Assembly: GCA_002245135.1 (NCBI GenBank)
Contig: NGBS01000308.1
Coordinates: forward strand, 1 to 64,000
Source of the DNA: Proteromonas lacertae
Taxonomy: Eukaryota
Length of the DNA: 64,000 nucleotides
Reading direction: 5' to 3'
The notes beneath the pieces were generated by a model. That model saw only the letters and a list, made by a program, of their open reading frames with translations. It had not been told where the DNA came from and did no database searches. Made by a program: the position numbers and the translations under genes. Every line of letters begins with the position of its first letter. Position 1 is the stretch's first letter. Shown piece after piece: positions 1 to 12,479 of this stretch.

Positions 1-157
1 AGAGAGAAATTGAGAGAGTTTTTAGATTCAGTAAGTGAATTCTTAGAAGCAGAAGACGAAGATTTACAAGATGTATTACTATTTGTATTAATTATATATT
101 AAATAGAATGATTATAAAGTATTTGGAGAAAAAGTGAATAAATTTTTGAAACAATAG
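1..157 (+). CDS. 3' end of an unidentified gene (partial)
   Basis: Open frame REKLREFLDSVSEFLEAEDEDLQD, then a GT-AG intron (~73-106), then NDYKVFGEKVNKFLKQ* with TAG at 155-157. Confidence 0.55.
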
Positions 158-284
158 ACAATTAGTAGAAATATAATTTAATTCTTTCTTTCCTCACTTT
201 TGTTGTTTACATGCACAACAAATATCAGTATATGTAAAATGTTTATTATAATATATTTAAATAATACAACAAAAGTAACGAAAT

Positions 285-1106
285 CTAATTAAAAGCTTCA
301 ACAGGTGTAACTTCAGGAATCTCGGCAACAGTACCAGTGTCCTTCTCAGTAGATTTTCTCTTCTTTTCTCCATCATCATCCCCAACTCGACTATCATTAG
401 CAGATTGAGGATCAATCGAACATTTACCAGCATGAGAAGAATGTCTGCTACTCGGAATAAGTGATCTTTTGATTTGACTGAATATTTGTCTAGAATATTT
501 CTTCACAATTGAATTTTCAGTTAAATAAGAATCATCATATTTTCTATTGTATATACTATCTTCTTTAATAAAGAATCTAAGTAAACTATTACATACTACA
601 CTAGCTATCTTTAACAAACCAATACCCGAACCCAAGGCAGTGAAAAGTGTAACAATATCAAACTTTCTACCAATTCCATCAATTGTCACAATGATTTTAA
701 TTCCATAGATTTTCCATAAATCTCTTTGCTCTTCTCCATCTACATAGTATTTGGATGAGTATCTGAAGTTAAATCCACTGGAGAAATCAGAATCATCTAT
801 TCTTTGGAAAGCTATAGTAGGTTTACAGTTGTTTAAATTGAAATCTAAATTACAGTCAAATGTAAAAGCAATTAAGATAATTTGTCCCTTTTCTACAGTC
901 TCATTAAAATACTTATAATCTAATTTCTTAGGATTCTCATTAGGCTATTGTCAAAGGATTTCCTCTTAATGCTCCAGCTGCACTAATGTCACTAAGGTAA
1001 AATAGATTTAAATTATAAACTAAACTTGTATCTACATTAGAAATAGGATTGTAAGGGTAAGTAGGATATCTTCCATCTATTCTAAAGAAATACAGTGAAA
1101 TTACCA

Positions 1107-1147
<41 letters not shown>

Positions 1148-1805
1148 TATATTATATTATATTATATTATATTATATACATGAGATAAGATATTAACTCT
1201 TCCAATTTCAATCATCTTCTAAATCACACCAAGTTGTGATTTCACAAGCATTAATTTGTTGGATATTGTGTCATTTCTACATTTACCTGTTGAAATACCA
1301 TTCGCTGTCATTCTATTCTCTGGGCAAGTCATTGTTACATTATCTGTACATACTTCACTGATTTCAGCTGGTGCTTTTACCTTTCTTATCAATACCAGTC
1401 ATATTACACAGTCTTTGATGAGGCGTATGTACGTAGTTTGTAGTTATATAAATACACCACCTTCTTCTTGTGGAGGAATAACCAAGTCTATAGCATCAAA
1501 GAATCTACCACTGGTTGGACATAGCATTTCCTTTTACCTTTATAGTCGCCTGGCCTATTTATTAATTAGTAAGTGTGATAATACCAGTAAAATTCTCTCT
1601 TCTTTGATAACCATTCTGATACACCATTTGCCAAAAAATGATGTAGCATAATACTCCCAGTTGTATTAAACGATAAATTGATGACTAAAATTAAAAAAAT
1701 ATCATACCAATAATGGATCTTTAACTAAAATATATTTCTTTGACTCATATATCGAAAAACTATCCATAGCCTTGAAAAAACACTTTGTTGAGAAGGTAAT
1801 GGCAT
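285..1805 (-). CDS. P2X receptor paralog 1 (several frameshifts here: pseudogene or consensus errors)
   Basis: YESKKY N-terminus, ATIKVKG, GNFTVF, GFNFRYSSKYY, RDLWKIYG and TM2 LGSGIGL. Single-base indels near 1763, 1520 and 1085. Unique 71-nt intron at 1109-1179. Start is 1805 or 1767. Confidence 0.85.
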
Positions 1806-2059
1806 TATTGAGCTGAAATAAAATTCTTAGAAGCAAAAAATAGGGATTTAAAAAAATAATTAAATAACGATTATTGTAGCTAATTTGATCGTTTCAGTAT
1901 TCAATAAAATGAAGTATCTAGTCATACACAATTAATACATTTCAATTTTTCTTATGTACTGATTAAAAATCAATAAATACACACTTTTAAACTATAATCT
2001 ATTATAATAATGGAAAATTGACTAGATTATGAATGTACAACAACTACAAATTTATAGTC

Positions 2060-3447
2060 CTACCGATCAATAGGACTGGGCAATTCCTGTATAGCTGGTA
2101 GCTTCGTACTTTCTTTATTTGGACCGTAACTACTAACATTGGAATTATGATTAGACGACCGACTGGATCTTAACACTAATTGACTTTTCTTTTGTATTTC
2201 TTTAGATATTTTATGTAACATACTTGCAGTTGTATTAATACAATGATCATCAAACATAATCCTAAATACTTCGTCCTGTCTAATGAAATACCTCAATATT
2301 TTGTCGCACAGTATATTTGCCAGTGAAAATAGCCCAATACCTGAACCAAAGGCAATAAACATCGTTACAGCTTCATATTCTCTTCCAATACCTTCGACAG
2401 TCACAATGATTTTAATTCCATAGATTTTCCATAAATCTCTTTGCTCTTCTCCATCTACATAGTATTTGGATGAGTATCTGAAGTTAAATCCACTGGAGAA
2501 ATCAGAATCATCTATTCTTTGGAATGTAATTTCTGGCTTACATTTATTCAAGTCATAATCCATATTACAATCAAATGTAAAAGCAATTAAGATAATTTGT
2601 CCTTTTTCAATTGTATCGTTGAAATAATGAAGAGGTAATTTCTGAGGATCATCATCTGAAGGAGTAAGAGGATTACCTTTTATACCTCCAGCAGCACTAA
2701 TATCACTAACATAAAATAAATTCAAATTATAAACTAGACTCAAATCTACATTAGAAATAGGATGGTAAGGACGAGAAGGATATCTACCATCAATACGAAT
2801 AAATACAGTGAAATTACCTGTGTGAGGTAATATATTCACTCTTCCTATGTTATCATCTTCTAAAGGACACCAAGTCATTATCTCACACATTTCCATTCCC
2901 ATTTGATCGTTCATCAAACATCTTCCTGTAGATACTCCATTAGACGTCATTCTTTTAGCTGGACAAGTATGAGTAACATTATCTGTACAAATTTCACTGA
3001 TTTCAGCTGGAGCACTTCCTTTCTTATCGACTCCAGGGATTAAACAGTGTTTCTGATGTGGTGTATGTACGTAGTTAGTTGTGATAAACACACCGCCTGC
3101 TTCTTGTGGAGGGATAACCAGATCTACGGCATCAAAAAATCTACCACTGTTTGACTTTGTGTTACCCTTTATTTTAATTGTAGCTTGACCTATACATAAT
3201 AAATAATGCCATAAAATACCAGTAAAATATTCTTCTCTCTGATAACCATGTTTATACCAAATCTGGTATAAAAAAACATACAACACAACAGCTAACTGTA
3301 TGGTTCGATATGTAATACACTAAAAATATAATATAGCAACAATACTAAGAAGGGATCTTTAACACAAATAAATTTCTTAGACTGGTATATAATAAACCAG
3401 TTCCAAAATTTTTTCATCAATGAAGGTTTTTTCTGTAAACCAGTCAT
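2060..3447 (-). CDS. P2X receptor paralog 2 (ATP-gated cation channel family)
   Basis: MTGLQKK..YQSKKF..DPFL, introns 3320-3345 and 3190-3219, TM1, ATIKIKG, 8 ectodomain Cys, NFT, GFNFR, RDLWK and TM2 FGSGIGLFSLANILCD. Confidence 0.93.
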
Positions 3448-4075
3448 GACTATTTAAGTTTTGCTGAGGTTTTTTTCTTTTAAAAACGAAAAAATATTCG
3501 CACTATAAGAAATTTTCTAAGTTTTTTTTATTTTTTTTTGTGACTTTGAAGTTGTTTTTCTCAACAACTATAAAGAATTAGACTAAAAAAATTACATCAC
3601 AGTATGAGTCATAGATTGAACTTTATGCTGACGTAGTTAGATTAAAATTACCTAATCAGGTAATTAATCAAAAATTTGATGTATTTCTCGATATTATGGC
3701 AACTAATGATTAAATTATGTTACAACATTGCTTATTTTCATAATATTAAACAATAACTTTCTTTTAAGAGCTAGTAAAATTAGTTTTAAAAATCATTTCA
3801 AAATGGGTGAAAAGAGCCAAAAAATTGAAAATGGGGACCTGGAATTCTTAGAAATTATTTTTCTCACGAACTAGATCATAATTGAAAGTAATATAATGAG
3901 CCAAGTTTAGCCTAATAAAATACATATGCATGGTGGGACTAGTTTTTGATTTGGCGATCAATTATTTCGAACGATTTTGCTCTTATTTGCGCAGTATTGT
4001 TCTTTTCTCTTATTTCCCCTTATTTTAAAACAGAAATTAGTATTACAATATAAAAATTAGAAAATTATTGCACTT

Positions 4076-4368
4076 ACTATAACAATATTATATACTATAT
4101 TTGCTCATCATTTAAATATGCTCATATTTCATCACCTATATATACTATAACTATATTATATACTATATTTGTTCATCATTTAAATATGCTCATATTTCAT
4201 CACCTATATATACTATAACTATATTATATACTATATTTGTTCATCATTTAAACATACTCATATTTCAGCACCTATATATACTATAACTATATTATATACT
4301 ATATTTGTTCATCATTTAAATATGCTCATATTTCATCACCTATATATACTATAACTATATTATATACT
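4076..4368. repeat. Tandem repeat, 68-bp unit x ~4.3
   Basis: CACC anchors at 4133, 4201, 4269 and 4337 give a period of 68; the copies are near-identical. Confidence 0.95.
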
Positions 4369-4370
4369 TT

Positions 4371-4500
4371 AATAGAATTATACCAATCACAGCTATATTA
4401 TTGAAATCTCATATTGCTGATATTGATTATAAGTTAAAACCTGGTATGGTTACATTAACATGGACATCAATGAATATAGATACATATAAACATCATGTGA
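4371..4500 (+). pseudogene. Fragment of an axonemal outer-arm dynein heavy chain (gamma/DNAH5-8 type), N-terminal tail region
   Basis: Translates to NRIIPITAILLKSHIADIDYKLKPGMVTLTWTSMNIDTYKHHV, matching the PGMxTLTWTSMNID signature of gamma-type DHCs. Confidence 0.82.
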
Positions 4501-4529
4501 TCAAATCCAGAGTTTTTTTCTCCTCGTTA

Positions 4530-5042
4530 ATCTTCTTTTCATATTCTTTCAATGTATAAATTAAATCAGTGTAATAACTCTTAAACTTCTCTTCTTGTAA
4601 TAAAACAATCTTGGCACTTTCTGGTATTTCTATTCCCATTCTATCTAAACGATTTGAAAATGAGTTAACATCTCTGTTCATCATTCATTTTGATCTTGTT
4701 CACCTCTGGATCATATTTTCTATCCATATGTGACAATTCTAATACATCTACTACATCTTTTAAGGCTTCTTTCATATCAGCTGTGAATTTATCCATATCT
4801 TGAAGAACTTAAATAAGAGAGTTTCTAAATTTCTCAAGGGGTTTTCACTAATCATACCGAATAAAAGTGTATTGTCACAACTCTTCGTTTAACGAACATC
4901 TTCTCCTGATGTGAGTAACAACTCATTCTCTTCACCATATCCTCTTATCTCACCTTCGCTATACATGACTTTTTTAAGGAATTTTCTGTATCTCTCATAC
5001 TAGCACCAAATGCTTCAGTGACATGACTAATCATCCATCATG
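4530..5042 (-). pseudogene. Further dynein heavy chain fragments in the opposite orientation
   Basis: RLDRMGIEIPESAKIVLLQEEKFKSYYTDLIYTLKEYEK (4532-4651) is a strong match. Weaker N-terminal-like pieces are MDKFTADMKEALKDVVDVLELSHMDRKYD (~4690-4808) and WMISHVTEAFG (~4975-5040). Confidence 0.75.
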
Positions 5043-7022
5043 AAAAATAAAAGTAGAAAGAATCGCATTTAATGAAACCCAAGGGGATATAGTTTAATAT
5101 ATACATCATATCTTTATATCTGCAGCCTTTAATTCTTCTTAATATACCTCAGTAAATTTGCAAGCCTGTTATTCTACATAATCTTATTAGAATTACATCA
5201 ACTTCTCTATAAACCGTAAAATTCATTTCAGATATTTATACCTTCCACTACTTATAGGATTAGGATTAAAATTATTTTTAAAATGAAACGATTTCATTGG
5301 TTATTTTCTCTAATACATTAATCATTCGTAAATAGTATTAAATGTATTTTAGTAATTTTAATAATTTATACATACAAGATAATGAGTACTATATATTTAC
5401 ATCCGATTTAGTTGAATATGAAAAACTATAATTAATTAATTTATGCATTATTATTATTGTTGTTGTTGTTATTAATACTAATTGATTAAAATACATTTTA
5501 AAATATAATCCATTTTAAAAAAATTATAAAAGTATAATACACAAAGTTAAAATCATTGTATATTCATTATTCACATTTAAACGTTTTAAATATCATTTAT
5601 TTCTTCATTTTATCACATTTCATATCTAAAGATATTAATATCTAACAATGGAGATGCTCTACTTCCGTTAAGACCATGATTATTTTGAGATTCTAATGTG
5701 GATATATATATATACCATTTCTAAATGCTGATTTCTTTTAAACGCCTCCATTTCGAAATACACAACTCTGCATAAATTTACGAGATATTCCATTCAATTC
5801 ACTACCTTCATCCATTTCATCTTCAACTGGATTAGTATTTATATTCATTTTATTTTATCATATTAGGAACATCGTTAGTAGGATATACTAATTTTACTGC
5901 ATTTGTGATATTTATTGATGATGCAACATTCTTTGGAATTGAAGTTCCCATTCTATACACACATTATTATAATCAGTTAAACATCTCTTTCTGAAGGTAA
6001 TACTAACTACTCTTTATAGTTATTGTCTCATTGTAGCTCAAACTGAACGAATTGTTATATTTGATGCAAACAAAACACATGACTAATTCTGGAGCAACTG
6101 ACAATATTATTTATCACAATTGAAAAAAAATATACTATATAATATAAATTACATATTTCATAAAATAATTGAAAGCATGACATTTACCATGTAAAGTTGC
6201 AAATTTTGACATTTTTTCATTTCTTTTTTCTTGATTTTCTATTAATTTTCTCCATTTCAATAATTGCATTGGACTAATTATAATATAACTGTAAATGTAC
6301 AGATGATACATACCTGTAAAATAAGATAATTTGTAGATTTAAAAATTAGCATTGTGAAATGTATTATTTATTATGAACTATAAATCAAAAAAGTATTATA
6401 CTACTTATAATAGTTATTAATTATTCATATATTTATATGTTTCATATACTTAGAGTGAGATGTTTCTATTGTAGATATTTGTGCTAGATAGTCCATAGTT
6501 GTATATAACTTGGTGTATTAGTTGTGCACGTATATTATTGATAAACAGAAACAAAAATTGCATATAATTGGAAATGTTTCTTCATATTGTCAATATTTTT
6601 TATATTTTATGCATTAATGCAATTTATTATGCCTTAATCTCTATTTTAATATGATTATTAGTTATTTTTGAAGTAAATTTAAAAATCACAAATATTAGTT
6701 TTTCTTTTTTTAAAGCCTGTTCAAAAGTAGAATAGTTTCTTAATACACTGTGAAAATTTTTCCCTCCAATTCATTCTTTAACATAATGAAAAATTGAAAA
6801 GAAAAAGTGTTAAAAAGAGAAAATCGCAAACAAGATCTGATCCTTGAATACTATCCCTATTTGCAAAATAGATTTTAGTTCTTATAGTGTCGTTTTATTT
6901 GTAAAATTAAAAGGTAAACAACAAGTTATAACATTCAAAGAAATTATAATAAAAAAATTAAAGGCATCTATAATAAAAAAACAAATATTTACAAGATGAC
7001 TCTTTCTAGCTATTCATAAATT

Positions 7023-8389
7023 TTAATCTTCTTCGGTTATAGTAGGAAGACTATTCTGTTTCTTATTGTCAGATGCTTTGGGAGATTTTCTTAATGACTT
7101 TGCTCTCTTCGATATTTCCCTCGATAATTTATTAAGCATGTTAGCTGTAGCTTGTAAATATTGATCATCATACTTACTAGCAAATATAGATTCATCTTTA
7201 ATAAATATTCTCAGGATATTATCACAAACAACACTTGATAAACCAAATAAACCAATACCTGAACCAATAGCGATGAATAATGTGACTGCATCAAATCTAT
7301 ATTTAAAAAATATAAATATTCATTATATACTCTCTTCCTATACCATCAATTGTCACAATGATTTTAATTCCATAGATTTTCCATAAATCTCTTTGCTCTT
7401 CTCCATCTACATAGTATTTGGATGAGTATCTGAAGTTAAATCCACTGGAGAAATCAGAATCATCTATTCTTTGTAAAGCTATTGTAGGTTCACACTTATT
7501 AAGACTATAATCCATATTACAATCAAATGTAAAAGCAATTAAGATAATTTGTCCTTTTTCAATTGTATTATTGAAGAATTTTAAATCTAATTTTGGAGGA
7601 GGATCATTTGATGTAGACAGTGGATAACCAGTCAATGCACCAGCAGCACTAATATCACTAACATAAAATAAATTCAAATTATAAACTAAACTTTTATCTA
7701 CATTTGATATTGGATGATATGGGTAGGTTGGATATCTACCATCAATACGAATAAATACAGTGAAATTACCTGTGTGAGGTAATATATTCACTCTTCCTAT
7801 GTTATCATCTTCTAAAGGACACCAAGTCATTATCTCACACATTTCCATTCCCATTTGATCGTTCATCAAACATCTTCCTGTAGATACTCCATTAGACGTC
7901 ATTCTTTTAGCTGGACAGGTGTGAGTAACATTATCTGTACAAATTTCACTGATTTCAGCTGGAGCACTTCCTTTCTTATCGACTCCAGGGATTAAACAGT
8001 GTTTCTGATGTGGTGTATGTACGTAGTTAGTTGTGATAAACACACCGCCTGCTTCTTGTGGAGGGATAACCAGATCTACAGCATCAAAAAATCTACCACT
8101 GTTTGACTTTGTGTTACCCTTTATTTTAATTGTAGCTTGACCTATACATAATAATTAAGATAAAATAATACCAGTAAAATATTCTTCTCTCTGATAACCA
8201 TGTTTATACCAAATATTCCACAAACAAATATAACATAAGACTGTTAATTGAATTCCTCTGTAAATAATGGTCTAAACATAGTAGATTCAATCATACAACA
8301 AACCAGTCTCTAACTAGCAGATACTTTGGACTTTCATAAACTGTGAACTTCTTTTTAACATATTCAGCAGTAGCCTTCATAAATAACAT
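7023..8389 (-). CDS. P2X receptor paralog 3
   Basis: MLFMKATAEYVKKKFTVYESPKY, two shared 5' introns plus a unique intron at ~7298-7331, the full P2X motif set, and ends ..PTITEED*. Confidence 0.93.
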
Positions 8390-8885
8390 CTTAATTTACT
8401 TTAAAATAAATAATAAATTTCAAGAACGAATACCGGGGTTCGAAAACTTTAAACCAATAAATATCTGTTTTAGATTATATTTCATAACTGAAATGATCTT
8501 TGATGTTATTTTTTTATTTGAAATAGCTATAAAGTTACATCTAATCAAATCATAACATTAAACACTTCTGACATATAACATATAGAAAATTCTTAATCAT
8601 TTTTCTAATACAGAATATAAATTAATTTTTTAGATTCAAACAAATTTAAAATAGCAATGCCTTGTTCAATACATTAAAAGCATATAATCTTTTAAAAGAA
8701 AATAACTTGTGATTACTGAGAAACTGAATAGTATAACCTAGAAAAGAGCTTATTAAGCTATTATTACACATATCAACAACATAACTAATTGCTTTACGAA
8801 ATCAGATCCTCTATATTTTCTTTTTTAAGAAGCTTGTCGCCATAAAAATCATTTTGAATTTTTATAAATTCGTTATTCATTAATT

Positions 8886-10498
8886 ATGGGATTTTATAGC
8901 GAAAGAATAAAGCCTGCTATGAAGCGTATGTGGAAGAGCTTCACTGTTTATGAAAGTCCAAAGTATGTACTAGTAAGAGACCCAGCATTAGTATAATTTA
9001 GTTTAATTCTGCTTATAGTCAAGTATACAGCTTTTCATTCAACTTGCTGTGTTATTCTATATTTTTGTATGGAATCTTTACTTCCAAAATGGTTATCAGA
9101 GACAAGAAGCTTTCACAGGTAGAATTTGTTTATTCTAATGTATTATAGGACAAGCTACAATTAAAATTAAAGGAAATACAGTATCTGAAAGTGATAGGTT
9201 CTTCGATGCCGTTGATTTAGTCATTCCACCTCAAGAAGAAGGTGGAGTGTTTATAACAACAAACTACGTGCATACACCTCACCAAAAGATATGCAGAATT
9301 CCTGGACTTGATAAGAAAGGAAGTGCTCCAGCAGAAATATCCGAAGTATGTACAGATACATCCACCAACACTTGTCCACAAGGCAGAATGACAGCTAATG
9401 GCATATCAACAGGTAATTGTTTATATAGTAACATCACTAAGTTACAAATGTGTGAAATTGTCACTTGGTGTCCTGTAGAGGATGATAATACCGGTCGTAA
9501 GAATATTCTTACTCATACTGGTAATTTCACTGTGTTTCTTAGAATAGATGGTAGGTTTCCAACTTACCCTTACAATCCTATTTCTAATGTAGATAAAAGT
9601 CTAGTTTATAATTTAAATTTATTTTATATAAGTGATATCAGTGCTGCTGGTGCAATGACAGGTTATCCACTTACTGTATCTGATGCTCCACCACAGAAAT
9701 TAGATTTAAAGTATTTCGATGCAACTATACAAAAAGGACAAATTATCTTAGTCGCTTTTACATTTGATTGTAATTTAGATTTTGATTTAAAAAAGTATAT
9801 ATTATTATTATTATTATTATATTAGATGTAAGCCAAAAATCGTATTCCAAAGAATTGATGATTCAGTATTTTCCAGTGGATTTAACTTCCGTTATAGTGA
9901 TAAATATTATGTGAATGGAACTGAAGAAAGAGACTTGTGGAAGATATTTGGCATTAAAATAATCGTCACCATTGATGGTACTGGAAGAGTATTTGATATT
10001 GTTACACTATTAATTGCCCTTGGTTCTGGTATTGGTTTATTCGCTGTTGCTAGTATTGTATGTGATAGTTTACTTAGATTCTTCATTAAAGAAGATAAAG
10101 TATATGATATTAAATATGACAAATCATTTGTGACTGAGACTGAAACGATCTTTAAAAAATTAACGAAGAAGTTGTCTAGTAGATTAAAGATTAATCCAAC
10201 AAGCGGTTCAATGACAGGAGGAGGTAGTAGTAGTAATGGTTCAAGACCAGGTTCAGCAGCTGGAGGACAACATAATAATAATAGAGTGCCAATTCCTCAA
10301 AGACCAGGTAAAATCAGTACAGATAAAGGAGTACTTAACAACAATAATAATATGAACGATAATAATCCAAGTCCCGCTGCTGGAGGTATTAATAATCATA
10401 GTTCTAATGAGCATTCACCTAATGTACAAGAAGGAGTGAAACATCAAGAATCTATTGATGAGAGTGATGCTATTGTTGTGCCTTTTAATGCAGAATAA
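8886..10498 (+). CDS. P2X receptor paralog 4
   Basis: MGFYSERIKP..VYESPKY, two shared 5' introns plus a unique (TAT)n intron at ~9795-9825, GFNFR, RDLWK, TM2 and a long G/S/N-rich tail. Confidence 0.93.
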
Positions 10499-10784
10499 AT
10501 CAAATCAGAAATTTTGATTTAAATTTTGAAGGTTACATATTAGTTATTCAGTTAATTATTATAATAATTTCTATTATTATGTACAGATTAAATATTTAGA
10601 ATTTGTTAAATGTTCTTGTCTAGGGTTAATCTCTCTCATTTTAAATGATTCTTTCATCACTTTTTTACCTAATTTTGTAAATATCATATCTATATGAACA
10701 AATAAGTAGAATGCACTATGTATTTTCGTATTTAGGAAACGATTTTGTATCATGAAACGGTAACTTGTATCATTCGTTTTATTA

Positions 10785-12301
10785 ATGGGAATTTGGGATG
10801 AAAGATTAAAACCAGGTTTTAAGAAGATGTGGGCTAGTTTTTCTGTGTATGAAAGCCCCAAGTATGTTTTGGTGAAAGATGCTTCACTAGTATTTATCTT
10901 GGTAAATTTTATATTTTAGTCGTCTATATCTCTCATCATTCAAATATTTGTAATTTTTTATATTTTTATATGGAATATTTACTTGGATTCTGGGTATCAG
11001 AGAAAAGAAAATTTTGAAGGTATTATATATTCTGTATAATAACACTAATAGGACAAGCTACAATTAAGGTAAAAGGTAACACCAAATCTGCCAGTGGAAG
11101 ATTCTTTGATGCAGTAGATTTGGTTATACCACCACAAGAAGAAGGTGGTGTATTTATTACCACAAATTATGTTCGAACACCACATCAGAAGATATGCAAT
11201 ATCCCTGGAATGGATAAAAAAGGAAGTGCTCCAGCAGATATTACCGAAGTATGTACTTATCCTGAAACAAACACATGTCCACCAGACAAAATGACCAAAA
11301 ATGGTGTATCCACAGGTAATTGTGTATGGAGTGACATAACTAAAATGCAAATGTGTGAAATTACAACCTGGTGTCCTGTAGAGGATGATAACACTGGTCG
11401 TAAAAATATACTGCCTCATACTGAGAATTTTACTGTCTTTATTCGTATAGATGGAAGATATCCTACTTATCCTTACCATCCAATATCAAATGTAGATACA
11501 AGTTTAGTTTATAATGTAAATTTGTTTTATGTAAGTGATATTAGTGCAGCTGGTGAAATAACAGGTTATCCAGTATCTCCAGCTGAAGATAATCCAGTTA
11601 GATTACCATTTACATACTTCAACAATACAATTGAAAAGGGATCAATAGTTTTAATTGAATTTAAATTTGATTGTAATTTAGATTATAGTTTAGATAAATG
11701 TAAGCCAGAAATCACATTCCAAAGAATAGATGATTCTGATTTCTCCAGTGGATTTAACTTCAGATACGCTTCGAAGTATTATATGAATGGTGAAGAAGAA
11801 AGAGATTTATGGAAAATCTATGGTTTAAAAGTATTAGTAACTGTTTCTGGTAAAGGTAGAAAATTTGATATTGTTACACTATTAATTGCACTTGGTTCAG
11901 GTATTGGTTTGTTTGGTGTTGCTAGTTTTGTATGTGATAATCTATTGAGATTCTTCGTCAAACAAGATGAAGTATATGAAGTAAAATATGATAAATCATG
12001 TGTTACTAAAACTCAATCTATCTTTAGAAAATTAACTTCTTCTAAATTTAAGATATTACCTCGACCTATTTCATCAGGAAGAAAATCTTCATTAGCATCA
12101 AGAGAATCACCAGAAAGGAAGTCACCAGAAAGATCAAGGACAGATCTGAGAACATCCCATAAACCAGAAGATAGAGTGGAAGTATTTACAGATCTTACTC
12201 CCATTCCTGAAGATACTAACACCAACAAAGATAATAATAATGAAGAAGATAATAATGTTATTCAAACATTTGATGATAAGCCTATTGCTATTCATGGTTA
12301 A
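10785..12301 (+). CDS. P2X receptor paralog 5
   Basis: MGIWDERLKP..VYESPKY, two 5' introns, ATIKVKG, ENFTVF, GFNFRYASKYY, RDLWKIYG and TM2 LGSGIGLFGVASFVCD. Confidence 0.94.
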
Positions 12302-12479
12302 ATGAAATATGCTGTAGGATTTATTAGATTAACTAGATTTTTGTATTACAAAACTATTCGAATCTCTGTTATTTTTTTAATTTTATTTATATATTATAAT
12401 TATTTTTTTTTTCTTTTTTTAGTCTATTTTTATAATTTAATAATCATTCACAATAATCAATAAAAAAATTCATTTAAGT

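Noticed and set aside
1256..1651. Plus-strand 131-aa ORF and similar antisense ORFs (e.g. 11045-11479, 17895-18239, 39106-39444)
   Set aside because: They are shadows of real genes on the opposite strand.
4076..4368. CRISPR-like array
   Set aside because: Units are contiguous near-identical copies with no unique spacers; the context is eukaryotic and has no cas genes.
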